Shown here piece by piece: positions 37,498 to 50,620 of a DNA stretch of 64,000 bases. The DNA is from Camelus ferus (taxonomy: Eukaryota): assembly GCF_009834535.1 (NCBI RefSeq), contig NC_045696.1, positions 2,544,001-2,608,000 of the forward strand. The letters run 5' to 3'. The position numbers and the translations under genes are program-made. The notes below the pieces were generated by a model, which saw only the letters and a program-made list of their open reading frames with translations, made no database searches and had not been told where the DNA came from. Numbering within the stretch: the stretch's first letter is position 1; each line of letters begins with the position of its first letter.

Positions 37498-37998
37498 GTG
37501 AGAGTTCCTGTCGCTGAGACAAGTGACCACAAACTCAGTGGCTTTAGACACAGATTTATTCTCTTACAGCCTCTGGGGTCAGAGGCCCCACGCGGGTCTC
37601 CCGGGGCTAACGTGAAGGTGTGGGTAGGCCTGGCCCCTCTGGGGGCCCCAGGGGAGGCTCCATCTCCCGGCCCCCCCGACTGCCGGGCCGCCAGCTCTCC
37701 TGGGCCTGTGCCCCCTCCCTCGGTTCACGGCCAGCGGTGGGCGTCGAGTTTTCTCACTCTGCATTTCCCTAACGCTGATTCTCCCCTCCCCCATTTAAGG
37801 GACCCCTGTGAGTACACTTGACCCCCCCCCCCGAGAATCTAGAGTCATCCTCCCACTTTGGGGGGAGGAAATTTGCAACCTGAGTGCCCCTTTGCCCTGA
37901 AAGTAACATATTCACAGGTTCCGGGATAAGGATGTGGACAGCTTTGGGGACCGCTAGGCGACCCACCACACTTGGTGGCCCTGTGGCTCTGCCCACAC
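37498..37998 (-). mobile_element. MaLR LTR (MLT1D/E-type)
   Basis: acaagtgaccacaaactcagtggctttagacacagatttattctcttacag...taaggacccctgtgagtacac...gtaacatattcacaggttccgggataaggatgtggaca. Confidence 0.8.
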
Positions 37999-39724
37999 TG
38001 TCTTGGCTGACCTCACACATGTGCATCTGGACACAGAAGCTCCTCAAAACAACGTCCCCTCTCTGCTCACCTCGTCCACGGTGCCAGGTGCACGGCGGCA
38101 CGCCTGCACGGCCCAGGAGGATGGGATGGCCAGGGCCCAGGCTGCCCGTTGTCTCTGGGTAGATCCCACGGAGCCTGGCAGGCCTGCAGCTGGCATCCTC
38201 CCGCTCCAGTAAACAGGCCTTTCTTCCAGCGGCTGGGTCCCCACCCTGCACGATGCTGGCCAAGTCCAGGCTCTGCGCCTGGCTCCCTGCCTGCCCGCCA
38301 GGCAAGTACACTGTCATCTGGTTACCCTGATGGTCCACGCCTTGAGCAGTCACTGGCGTCTGATGGCCCAAGTTTTGGACCCAAATGCTCTGGGGAGCGG
38401 TGAGCAGAGCTGCCACCCAGGGAGCATTCCGTGGAAAGCGTGGACTGGGGTGGAGAAGAATGCACTATAAGAATGAATTTTAAGTCAAAACCTGAGATTC
38501 CAAAGAAGCAGTGGCTTTGTCGTGGTCCTTGGGACCTCTCCCAGATCTCTGGGGTGCAGCTCACAGCTTCCATGCCGAAGGGTGTTCTCAAGGAAAGGGG
38601 GAGGCCCCCCTCAAGTGGCACTGTGGGTCTGCTGGCCAGCAGGTGCTGCGGCCTGCAGCTGTTACTGTCACTACTGTCACCGAGGGAAAAAGAGGAGGGG
38701 AGGGGCCCCTGGGGGAGTAGGAGTGACAGGGTCGGATCCGGACCCTGGAGAAGAGGCCAGGAGCCCAGGGGAAGGCAGCAGAGCCCCGACCCCCTGCACG
38801 GGCTCTGCTCCAGAAGCTTCCATTTTGTTCCAGGGGGACAATTTCTATGCTGCCCTGGGACTGTGCCTTCGCTAGGAGTCAGTGGGACCACTTTGAGGAG
38901 TCCAGTGTCCTCAGGACCCAGGAGTGGACACTATGGGAAGGTGCTGGACCCAGAAACCTGGCGAAGTCCCACATGTGGAAGCAGAGGGCCCACTCCTCAG
39001 CCCCTCTGGATGGGCTTGGGGATGCTCATGGCTCCTATCCGGAGTCCAGGGGACGGAGAGGCTGAGGACCCAGCTCCGAGCCCCCGCACGGGGTCATGAC
39101 CTGCTGGCAGCAGTGTGGAGCCCTGGGATCTGAGAGGGGCTTCAGGACAGGGAGACAAAACCAGGGGGTGGCGGAGGGAGGGGAAAGCAAGCGGCTGCTT
39201 TTGTGAACGCAGACCTGTCAGGGGCCGGGGTGGGCAGGGGGAGGAGGCAGGGGGAGAGGGGAGGTGAGAGGGGTTTTATCCCAGAAGAAAGGGCAGCAGT
39301 TTGCGCTCCCCTGCCCAGCGCTCTTTGGAGAGGGTACTGTGTTCCCCAGGGTGAGGGTCTGTCTTTCCTCCGCTCCTCAAAGCCCAAGGCTACCCCCCAA
39401 CCCAGCAGACCCTCCCAGCGCCGTGGGGGCAGCCAGGGCAGGCTCCAGACCGCCTTGGATGGACCCTCCAGTCTTGAACAGATCCCCATTCCACCCAGGT
39501 CTGTCTGATTCCTCCCTCATTCTTGCTCCCACCTTGGCTTCTGGAGCAAGGACCCCGGGGGCGGGCGGGACCACGGGGCAGGCGGGACCACAGGGCAGGT
39601 GGGACCCCTGGGCTCAGCCTGGACGCCCCAGGCACAGGCGCTGCCAGGCGTTATGACGGGGCCTCGGATAGGTGCTCTGGCTCCCTCTGGGATGAGTGTG
39701 GCACGCCCGGCGCTCCACGAGACT

Positions 39725-40500
39725 GGCATCTTTCAGAGTTGAGCAGGAAACAGATGGCCCACTCACGGGGGGCGGTGGAAGAGATTTGTTAATGAAAAGA
39801 ACATTTCAGAGGTATTGGCAAGGTTGAGGGAAACAACCAGATCTGCTGGGGCATCAAGGGACCCGTGAGCGTAGGAGCCACGACCACCCCAGCCGAAGGG
39901 GCACAACAAGGAAAGCTGTCCCCAGGGTGAGGGCAGAAGCCCTGGGAAGGGCCACCCGGCAGGACCTGTGCTCCTGCAGAGACGGGCCACTGTGTGATGC
40001 AGATGAGCAAGGCCCCGTCTGCTTCCTCCATGCCATGTCCTGCCCCTGCCCCCGACTGGCCAGGCCCCAGCTGGAAGCCGGGGGGGAGGGAGCCTGGGGA
40101 GCAGTCACCACCTGCTGGGCAGCTCCCGAAGCACAGGGAAGCTAGGCAGAGAAGGAAGGAGGAAGCCTGCGGGGCGGGGGGAAACCTCCAGTCACTACCT
40201 CCTGAGCAGCAGTGATGAGCCTGCGGCAGCGGTGGTGGCGGTGCTGGAGGTGGCGGTGGTTTAATGGTGGTGGTGGTGGTCGTGGTGGTCAGAGGTGGTG
40301 GGGGTCGTGGTGATGGTGGCAGATGTGGTGATGATGGTGACGGTGCTGGTGGTAGAGGTGGTGGTGACGTCCCCAGTGCAGGAAACGAGGTGAGTCCTTT
40401 CCAGGGAGCCTGGAGCCGTCTCGTGGCATTTTGCTCTCTGTTTTCAGTCAGCGTCCTAGACTCCATTCTTCCTCTTGGAACATTGCACAGACCATCCCCA
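39725..40500. mobile_element. Degenerate ERVL-class LTR (LTR33-like) containing a (GGT)n expansion
   Basis: gcaggaaacagatggcccactca...ttaatgaaaagaacatttcagaggtattggcaaggttgagggaaacaaccag...accaccccagccgaaggggca resembles LTR33. Family assignment is from memory. Confidence 0.5.
40230..40366 (+). repeat. Imperfect (GGT)n trinucleotide repeat
   Basis: About 135 bp of ggtggt/gatggt units, seen directly. Confidence 0.9.
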
Positions 40501-41084
40501 CCCTTCCACCCCGTTCAGGCTGGCCTCCAGCATCGGGAGTGGGCCACCTGCACACAGGAAATTACCTCTGGCCAGGGTAGACCTGCCAGCCTTGAACGCA
40601 GCCCCAGCCACTGTTCACAGTGACCATGAGCGCAGCCTCGGCCTCCCTGAACCACTGGGCACAGGCCACACTCCTGTGGGGGCTCCGGTGCCCACGGCCG
40701 ACCTCATGGGGCTACTTATTTCCCAAGGTCCCAGCAAACCACTCACAGGGGCAGCCTCTGGGGTGGGGGTGTGCCCTCCCCCGGGCCCCTCCTGCCCCAG
40801 CCGCCTACCTACCCGGGCATGTGCACTCCCTTTCCTCGCCTCCGCCCCTCAGGCCCTCCTCCTCCCCCGCCTCAGCTCAGGGCACAGCTTCTCTGCTTTG
40901 GAGGGGACATGGGAGTGTGAGTCCCAGGGAGGGACGTGCCGGCTGCCAGCTGAGCATCCACACCCGCCCCCTCCCCTCCAGGGACCTGGGTGTGCTGGCG
41001 CCACGTCTACCCGGCAGAGCCCTCCGAGCCCGGATTCTCTCTGCACGAGTTCAGTTGATCATTTTTAAACCAGACTTCAGTTCT

Positions 41085-41200
41085 CACACACGCACACATA
41101 CACACAAACACATGCACGCACACCTGCAACATGCATAGATACACAAGACAGATCACACACACACACGCACGCACACACACCCACACGTGTCCCACACACA
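41085..41200 (+). repeat. Degenerate (CA)n tract
   Basis: cacacacgcacacatacacacaaacacatgcacgcacac..., seen directly. Confidence 0.9.
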
Positions 41201-43249
41201 CTCAGCAGCTTCCTTCCGCCTGCACCCCAAGGTCTAAGTGCAGCCCCCCAGGAAGGTGGTGGGAAGGGGGAGTCTCCCATTGTCACTTCTTGCTGCATCA
41301 CAGGACCTTGACCACAGGAGCACCATCATTGTCAGACCTTGTCCCCACGTGGCGGTCAGCGCTCTTAGTGGGGTTGGAAGGGCAGAACCCAACGTGTTGA
41401 AGGTCTGGTGACCCACACGCTGTCACCCACCCAGCCTCAGGAGTTCTCAGAACCACGTCCTACTCTGCACGGTGAGAATAGTTCTCCAGGACCCAGCGCG
41501 GGGGTTGGGTAAATGTTTGCAGGGCTTTGGCGTGGGTCTCGGAATTAAAGATACTTGCACAAGGGTGAACCTTCGCTATGACTCCTGGATGCCTCCCCCA
41601 ACCCAGCCCTCTGTCCTGGAATGCAGACCATGGCTTGGATGTCCGGAGGGCTGAGCAAGGGGGCCCCACCCGCCTCCCCCACGGCAGCAGGTCCCCACGC
41701 CCTTGCACTTGTCCAGATCGAATCTCAGTTCTCGGGAAAGCCCCTTGGCCCTCCCCGCAGGACACATCCGGGATCTGCCCACTCCACCTCGCTGGGTCAC
41801 CCCGGACCTGTCGTGCTCTCACTGGTGTCCCTGCCACCCTCGCCACCATCCGTCCTCCACGTGGCACCAAGGGAGCCTGAAAACTCACAGACGGGAGATG
41901 TCAGCACGCTGCTCACAGCCCTGGGGCTGCCTCGCCCCAACCAGCACAGGCAACAGTGAGCCCACCCGCTCCCAGCCGCCCATCCTGCCCACCCGGCTTT
42001 TACGTTGCACGTAGCACCTCCTGGTCTACTAATTGACGTCCTCATTCTCCGTTTGCTCCTTATCCGTCTTCCCGCACTTGGCACCAGCTCCCTAAAGGCG
42101 GGGGTTTCTCTGTTTTGCTCACAGAGACGAGATGAGGAGGAGGAGGAGGGTGCAGTGTGGGCCCCGCCTGCCTCGTCCCCCAGAGACGCTCAGCAAATAT
42201 TTGCAAAGTGAACGAATGCATGGAATGTACCTCTATTTCTAGCCCCCCCGGCCCCTGGAAACCCAGAAAGGCAGGCAGATAGCAAAGGAGAAGGAAGCCC
42301 TGACGCTGAGGGGTTGAGAGGGTTTCCGTTTGAAGTGCTGGCTGAGACCTTTCTTCCCTCCTCAGATCTCTCTGTAGCTTCCGGGGGACCACCGGGCCCT
42401 GGTTTGTGAGCAGCTGATCTGACAGGCTGGTTAGGGGAGGGGTCTCTGGGGTGGCCTGTCCCTGCAGCTGCTTTATTTCCAAATGCCTGAAATTCTGGCA
42501 TTGTTCCCACCCAGCCAAGCCAGGGCCAGCTGAGAGCTGCCCCCTCTAAGCTGGCTGCTCGTTGCAGTGCTCTCCGGAGAGCCATGGGCCCCGCCCCTGG
42601 AGCCCGCAGGCCGACCTTGTGGGCGTGGCAGCCCCCCCCCCCCCCCGCAAGCCTGGCCCTCCCAGCCCTCCTGGCCCAGCCCAGCCCCCTCCCTGTCACA
42701 GGCCGGCTGGCTCAGGCCACTTCACGGGTCACAAGGCAGTTTTCCATTAGCGTCAAACGCATGTGGGTCTTGACCTGAAGCCAACGGGAGCAGAGGGGGA
42801 AGAAGCCGGCTTTAGATAACCTGCACTCCTGGGGGTCCCCAGGGCCAGCCCTCTCCCCCCGTTCGTCTGTCTGTCTCTCACACACAGACCCCCTACCACA
42901 CGCCCCACAGGAGGTGAGAGATCCAGCCTGGATGGTACTAGGCAGGAGGACTCAATGATTCACTGGGTCACAGTGCCTGCTGTGTGTTTCCACACCCCAA
43001 ACACGTACTGAGCACCTACTGTGTTCCTAGCTGTGTGCTCTGTGGGACCCCCGGACGTGAGGAAGTAGGGGTTGCTCCTGGTGGGAGGTGTGAGGGCCCT
43101 GGAAACCAAGAAGCTTCTCCCAGGGTGACGTCAGAAATCACCCTTGGGACAGTCAGGCGCCAGTGGACTTCACCTCCCCAGACGCAACTTCCTCCTCCTC
43201 TGGTAACAAAACCCCTCTTTGCTTTCCTTTAGCAAAACTTCCTTGCTCA

Positions 43250-43710
43250 CTCTTACTGCCCATAGTGGCTTTTGTTGTTGTTGACACAGCAGGACGGTCA
43301 CATGAGCTGGCTGAGGTCATGTGATCCAAGGCCAGCCAACGAGAGGACTGTATTTCCCCACCCACAGAGTCACTTCAGGGACAAGCATGTGACCTGAGTC
43401 CAAAGAATCAAAGTCCTGTGCAGGATTTTGCTGGAACAGCGAAGGCAGAATGACCCTGAGCCTCCAGGCTGGAGGTGCCAAGGACCCCTAAGACTAGCAC
43501 TCCTGGGCCATCTTTGCCTGAGAGCGAAGCCAACACAGTTGAAATCAAGTTTAGTCTGAACAAGTGGGTGCCCAGTGATGGCTTTAGAGTTCCTGGATCC
43601 AGCTGTTCCTGAAGCTAGTCACCCTACAATTTCTAGTTAAGTCAACCAGCACGTTCCCTGCTTTTCGGAAATGAGCTTGGGTTGTTATTCTGTCATTTGA
43701 GGCCAAAAAG
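43250..43710 (+). mobile_element. Old MaLR LTR remnant (MLT1H/J/K-type)
   Basis: catgtgatccaaggccagccaa...ggggacaagcatgtgacc...cctggatccagctgttcctgaagc...gagcttgggttgttattctgtcatttg. Confidence 0.65.
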
Positions 43711-46019
43711 AATTTTCAGCAATGCAGCTCCTTACTGAAACGGGGTTCTCTCTCACAGGGGAGCAAGCGAACAGCAGGGCATGGGTAAGTAAAGCCTCCC
43801 GGATCTCAGAAGTGGGGCGAGGTCTCAGGTCTGGGCAGATACACGTGTGGACCCACCTGTCCCTGCGATGCTGTCTAAAAAGTGCCCTTATAGGCGGTGC
43901 TTCCACTGATGGTAACCCTCTTGCCGATCACTCAGAACTGGGGCAGCTGTGTTTACAGCAGCCTTGTTCTCTTTCTTTCCTCTGCGGCCGCTCCTCCCCC
44001 AGCACAGAGCTCTGTAGACAGAATGCTGTGCGGTCGGGCAGGCTCAGTCTGACCCCTCCAGGTCCCCCCAACCCCATCATACACATGTACCACCCCTCCC
44101 CGAGGGTCAGCCCCGCGGAGCCCGGCCCAGAGGACCCACAGCACGTGCAGTGGAGAGAGGTCCCTGCTGACAGTGATGTGTAACACAGACGGAAGTCAGG
44201 CTCCGGCTGCAGAGAGCTAAGCCACGGCCATCTCACCACTCCTACCTGCACCAGAGGCAAACATACCCCCATTTGGAGCCTTGCACCCAGGAGACTAAAA
44301 GGACCAAGGCCTGGCACAGTACCCAGGTGTGGGGCCGGGGGGGTCCTGCCCTGACTGAGTTGTTGTGAGACAGGATCTGAGAGGAACCCCTCCTGCCCTT
44401 GGTCCCCTAAGAGCTTGGGGGAGGCGGCGTGGCAAAAGCAGACCTACACCCAGAACTTGGCGGGAAAGATCACAAAAATGCCCTGAAAAGAAAGATCTGG
44501 CTTCAAGGCCAAGACAGAGGGGAGTCTGAACATGGAGACGGTGCAAACAAGAAGCCCGGGGGGCACGCGGATCACAATGTGGCCGTGAGTGCTGTCCCCG
44601 AAGCCGTGACCTCGAGACAGACCACGTGGGTGACGGGGAGGCGCCGGAACTCTTGGGGAGATCTCTAAAGCCTGGAAAGGGCATCACTGCCTGACTCACA
44701 AAGCAGAGGGAGGCAGGGGGGACGTCCCATCCCAGTGAATGAACAACCCACAGCACAGAGCACTGACCCCCAGCAGCCCCCCACCCCAAGGCCCGAGCAG
44801 CCTGGAGGGAGCCAGGGGCCATGGGAAAGTGTCAGCCTCTGCCCGTGCCTCCCCCGCATCCCGGGTCTCCTCACAGCTGAGCTGTGCCCTGAAGAATCTT
44901 TGCAAAGAACTAGAAAGGACAGTTATCCAGGAATTTGTTCCTGAAACTAAGGGCAGAATGCAAATAATTATTTCAAACCACGGGTGCCTAGTGCCAAGAA
45001 TTCCTGCCAAAGTGATGACACCTGAAGTGGCCTGAGAACCCCTCAGGCAGAGGGGACTAAGGGTCCTCCAGACACAAATCGTCAGGTTTCGGGCCCAGCC
45101 GTGTACTCTGGGGACATCTGGATGGACCACACGTGAGCAGGCCGCATCTGTGTGAGGGCCCTCCTGCTGGTGGGGGCGGTGGATCACTGGCCCCGCTGAT
45201 GGAAGGAGAGCTGCTGGACACCTAAGCCCCAGGGAGCCCAGAGAACGGACTGGCTGTTTCTGCAGTGTTTCCTGACTGAGCCGGGCAGCCCACCTCCACT
45301 GGGGCCTCACGGGAACCGTGGTGCCCGAGGGGCGTGGGGCCCTGGGTGCAGGAGAGGGCACCCCCTCCTCTCGCCTCTCTCTGGCTCCTCTGTTAACAGT
45401 GGTTAGATGGGCTGGCCAGGCAGCTGACACTGACATCACCCATCTAACTTCTGTGACTTCAAGGACAGACGGCCACACGTGGACAGGTAACAGCAGGTGC
45501 CCGCAAGCCTGGGGTTGACTGACCAATGTGTCCAAAGACAGCAGACTAGCGGAGCCTGTGTGTGACAAGGGCCCCAGACCACGTTCTGGTGGAGGTGCTG
45601 GTTTGAGCCGGGCTTCGAGCATGCTGAGGCCCCGGGCGGGAGCGTCCCAGCAGGCCAGGCAGGTACCTGGAGTTGAGGGGTGGGGCGGGGCTTGCAGGAG
45701 GGGCCCGAGTCTGGTGGGTACTGGGGGTGCTTCTGCCTTCAGACTGGTTTCCGGGCTGGCCCCGTAATCCAGTTCTCTGAGTCGTTTCTGCAGTGTTTAT
45801 GGAAATATAATTTTGCCCGGGAGATCCATGTAATTGAGAATCTTTTAATGTGTGTTTACAGTCGCCATTCTTGCTTGAGTGATTACAAGCATCATGGGAA
45901 CTGATTGCAGCTGGGGTGGTCTCCACCCATGCCTGTTTCTGCTGTTTGAGTGCCGCTCAATCTGGGATGGTCCTAGGGGTCCAGACAGGGAGTGGCCTCA
46001 GAGATGAGGCCACCTCTCC

Positions 46020-46410
46020 CAGTGTCCTGGGGCTCCTGCCACAAAGCGCACAAACTGGGCCGTTTAAACAACAGTTCTGGAGGCCAGAGCCCAAGATCAA
46101 AGGCCGGGAGAGGCAGGACTGTGGTCCTTCTGAAGGTTCCAGGGGAGGGGCTTCCTTGTTCCTCCCGCTTCCGGTGGGTACCAGCCGTCCTTGGCCTTCC
46201 AAGGTCTGTGGCAGCATCAGCCCAGTCTCCGCCACCACGTGGCCTTCTTCCTGTGTCTACGTGTGTCCTCTTCTTACACACACACCAGTCGTTGGATTTA
46301 GGGCCCGTTGTGACCTTCTCTTATGTTGATTATACCCACAAGGATCCTATTTCCAAGTAAGGTCACGCTGTGGTGTTCCAGGTGGACACGGAATTGCGGG
46401 GACCCTGTCC
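46020..46410 (-). mobile_element. MaLR LTR (MLT1C-type)
   Basis: cacaaactgggccgtttaaacaacagttctggaggccagagcccaagatcaagg...ccagtcgttggatttagggccc...ctatttccaagtaaggtcac. Confidence 0.8.
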
Positions 46411-46872
46411 AACCTGCTGTGCCAACTGCAGCCTCACGCAAGGGGTGAGGGGCTCACCTAAACCGTGAGACTTTTCAGGCTAGTCAGCTTCAGAGCCTGG
46501 ACGCTAACTTGGTGTTCACGGTCTCACCTAAGATTCTTCCCAACATCCCCTCAACATCGACTGCTAGAAACTCCACGTTCATCACGCCGTGCCCTCGGCC
46601 CCGCCCACTGCCTGCAGGAAGTACCCCAGACCCCCGTTTCCATCTTGCCGGGTTTCCCCTACTTCTCCGGGGATTGACAAGGAGATAAAGCAGAATGCAG
46701 TATGTAGTGAGCTGTCTTTTGTGTAACAAAGAGTGAAAAACGTGCATGTGTGCCTGTGTATTTATATTTGCAAAAAATAACAGTGCTGGAAAATAAATGA
46801 AGAACTAATAAAAATGGAGCCTACGTGGTGAGCGGGGGCAGGAGTGGCAGCTAAACTTCTCTGGATATGCTT

Positions 46873-47792
46873 TGATGCAGAGTTTATGCTGGGAAAAGCA
46901 CCCAGTCCCTCGCCTGTGTGCGGGTCTCGCTGCTAACTCGGAGCACTTCCCTTCCGACACCAGATCGGTGGGGGTTTCCCCCACATCAAGCAATTCTGCA
47001 ACACCAGCCAGGTGTCCTGCAGTGTCACTCAATCCTGACACTACCTTACCTGGAATTAGCATCAGATCTCGCAGGCTAAGCCTTCAGTCCCACAAGACTG
47101 CCTCCCCCTAGACTTCAGACGCCAGTTACGAGTAGGAGGTCCCCAGATGACCCACGACTTCCGTCCACCTTGGCCAAAAATCAGAACTTCCCACAACCCC
47201 CTCCTTGGGTCCAGTGAATTTGCTAGAGCAGCTCACAGAACTCAGGGAAACACGTTCACCAGTTTTTTATATAATATGGGATTGGATAAAGGAGGAACAG
47301 CCAGAAGGAGAGATGCGCAGGGTGAGGTCTGTGAGGGTCCCGAGTGCAGGAGCTTCTGTCCCCGTGGAGTTGGGGTGCATCATCCTCCTAGCATGTGGGT
47401 GTGTCTGCCAGCCTGGAAGTTCTCTGAACCCCTTACTTTGGGGGTTTATGGGCGCTCCCTCATGGAGGCATGGCCCATGATCCCCTGCATCTCTGGAGAA
47501 GCTGGGGATGGGGCGCTGAACATTGCAAGTGTCTGATCCCGGCTCGTTCTTTGTGGCAACCAGCCCCCGCCCAGGAGCCCACCTGGAGCCTCCTCACCAG
47601 GACAAAGGACACTGCTGCCACCCAGGAAGTGACAGGGTTCAGGAGCCCTGTGTCAGGAACTAGGGTCAAGGACTAAATACTAGAACAGAAGATGCTCCTC
47701 GTGCTCTTGTCACTTGGGAATTTCCAGGGACCCCGGAGCTCCGCGCCGGGCACCGGCGGCAGAGGCCAGCGTGGATTTTCTATTATCTCACC
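46873..47792 (-). mobile_element. MER21-like ERV solo LTR (about 920 bp)
   Basis: ccgacaccagatcggtgggggtttcccccacatcaagcaattc...aatttgctagagcagctcacagaactcagggaaacac...caggaactagggtcaaggactaaata are characteristic of MER21. Possible degenerate TSD atgctt/gtgctt. Confidence 0.8.
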
Positions 47793-48239
47793 GTGCTTGC
47801 CTTCAGAACTAAGCACATGTGTTCCATATTCAAAAAATAAACTTGAATTGAGAAAGAAAGTTTCCTTATGAAGAGAAACCACCAAGCATGTAAATCTATA
47901 TGGAGTTTGCCGCACAACCAAGGAAAAGATTGATTTCAAAGGATCCCAGAGCGTAGTGCTTGCCTTTATTCAGTAGGATGTGTTTTAAGGACCAAAAGAA
48001 CAACAGAGAAATCATAAATCTCATTCAGTAAGTCCTATTGCTAGTATTAAATCTGGCATTGTTATTTGAGAGTATTTTTGTGTTTTCTAGGAGAAAGGCA
48101 ATAAGTAATTATGTGGATGCTGCGAGGAAACAAAAGTATTGGTGTGAGAGAAAGACGAACAAATGAACAATCACACGGGTTAAGTATAACACTTCAGTCT
48201 TAAATTTGAATTGGAAATGTCAGTGTAATCGCAAGCTTT

Positions 48240-49938
48240 ATTTTTTTCAATTTATTTAAACTGAAAGCAGGAATACTCCACCCGTCTCTCGGCTCCCTCC
48301 CGCTGCCTCCCCGAGCCTCTGGCAGCCACCAGTCTCTTCTCTGTGTCTGTGAGCTTGGGTTTTTTGTCTCTGTTTTTCAGATCCCGTGTGTAAGAGAGGT
48401 CATGCGGTGTTTGTCCCTCTCTGTCTGACTTTGTTCACTTAGCATGATGTCCTCGACATCCACCCACGTTGTGGCAAGTGGCAAACGCCACTCTTTTATG
48501 GCCGGATAGTACGCGTTACAGATCCCACGTCCACCGTCCATCAGTGGGCCCGTGGGTCGTTCCTGTGTGGCGGTTAATGAAAAAAGTGCTGTGGTGAACG
48601 TGGGGCGCAGGTATCTTTTTGACTTAGTGTTTCATTTTTTTCCCACATAAATACCCAGAAGTGTAATTGCTGGATCTTTTGGTAATTCTATTTGTAATTT
48701 CTTGAGGAACCTCCATACTGTTTTCCATAGTGTCTGCACCAATTTACTTTCCCACCAAAGTGCACAAGGTTTCTCTTCCCTCCACATCCTCGCCAACACT
48801 TTTTGTTTCTCGTCTTTATATTATTAGCCGCTCTGGCAGGTGCGAGGTGACACCTCACTGTGGTTTTGATGTGCGTTTCCCTGACGGTTGGTGATGCTGA
48901 GTATCTTTTCATGTCCCTGTTGGCCTTCTGTGTGTCTTCTTTGGAAAATCGTCCCTTCAGATCTTCTGCCCATTTTTAAATTAGATTCAACTTTTTGCTG
49001 CTGAATTGTATGAGTTCTTTATCTATTTCAAATACCAGCCCTTTATCAGACACATGGTTTGCAAATATTTTCTCCCGTTCGGTTTGTTTCCTTTCCATTT
49101 TGCCAACAGCGTCCTTCGCTGTGCGGAAGCTTTCAGTTGCATGTCTATTTGTGCTTTTGTCGCTTTTGCTTACGGTGTCAGACTTTAAAAAGTCACCACC
49201 AAGGCCTATGTCGAAGAGTTTACCCCTTACCTTTTCTTCTAGGAGCTGTATGGTTTGAGGTCCGACATGCAAATCTTTAATCCACTTTGAGTTGATCTCT
49301 GTGTGTGCTGCAAGACAGTGATCCAGCTTCATTCTTCTTCATGTGGCTGTTCAGCTCTCCCAATACCATTTATTGAGGAGATTCTCTTTTTTTCCTATTT
49401 TATATTCTTGGCTCCTTTGTCATAAATCAATTGACCATATATAGTGGGTTTATTTCTTGGCTCTCTAATCTGTTTCATTAATCTATGTGTCTATTTGTGC
49501 CAGTACCATACTGTTTTGATTACTGTTGCTTTGTGATATAGTTTGAAACCAAGATGCTCGATCCCTTCAGCTTTGTCCTTCCTTCTCAAGACTTCTTTGG
49601 CTGTTCAGGGTCTTTATGGCTCCATACAGATTTTAGGGTTGTCTGTTTTATTTCTGTGAAAAATGCCATTGGAATTTTGGGAGGGATTCCAGTGAATCTG
49701 TGTATTGCTTTGGGTGGTATGAACGTTTTTACAATGTTCATTTTTCCAATCCGTGAGCTGATATTTCTTTCCATCTGTTCGTGTCTTCTTAAATTTCTTT
49801 CATTAGTGTCTTGTAGTTTTCAGTATATAGGCCTTTCACCTTCTTGGTTAAATTTATTTCCAGGTATTTATTATTTTTGATACAATTATAAGCAGGATTA
49901 TCTTTAAAATTTCTTTTTCTGATAGTTCATTATTAGTG
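48240..49938 (-). mobile_element. 5'-truncated LINE-1 (ORF2 C-terminus plus 3'UTR), intermediate age
   Basis: ORF remnants [14 protein letters not shown] (48688-48912), INSKWIKDL (48976-49332) and PKAIHRFTGIPPKIPMAFF (49586-49774), plus a T-rich tail at about 48240. Confidence 0.92.
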
Positions 49939-49939
49939 G

Positions 49940-50620
49940 TCTGTCCCAGCATCCTCAGAGCCAAACAGCCTGCTGCCTTCTGAGAGATGCAACACCTGTG
50001 AAGTTTTCCTGCCAAAGTAATGAGCCTGAGTCTAATGGACCCTTTAGATCTAAACTCTCATTTACAGGAAATCACAGGGAAAGGGAGGCAGAGGACAGTT
50101 AGACGTCATCTCAACAAACAGAGACATCCTGAATGAGGGGTTTTTGACCTGGCCTCTTCAATAAGCCTTGGCATGCAAGAAAAAAGGGAGGGGCTGTTTA
50201 CAGATGAGGAGAAATGGAAGTGACATAAAAGCAAATGCAGGGTGGGGACTTTGTATCATTCTTCAAACAAACCAGCTGTGAAACAGCATCTGGGGGACCG
50301 TGGAAATCTTGAACATGGACTAGTACTGGATGACACGGAGGAAGGAGCCTGCTCTGGTTACCTGTGGTGATAGCGTAGAGGTCGTGTAAGAATTGCTTGT
50401 CTCTGCCAGAGATTTGAAGTGTTTGTCTCTGCCAAAGATTTATCCTAAATGTTTAGGGGTGAGATGCCAGGCTGGGTGTTATCTCCTGTAATATATTTCA
50501 CATACACACAAATAATAAAGCAAAGCAAATGTGGCAACAGGTCAAACCTGTTCATTTGTTGCTGGGACATTAGATTATTCTCCTATTTCTGGATGTTCAA
50601 ACATTTTCAGGATAAAAAGG
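49940..50620 (+). mobile_element. Ancient L1MC/L1ME 3'UTR remnant (continuous with about 46690-46870 and 47800-48240)
   Basis: AT-rich; tttagatctaaactctcatttacaggaaat...ataaagcaaagcaaatgtggcaa resembles L1MC4/L1ME 3' ends. Confidence 0.55.

Noticed and set aside
39789..40623. Poly-Pro/Thr and poly-Val/Gly ORFs
   Set aside because: These are translations of the (GGT)n repeat inside an LTR-like remnant.
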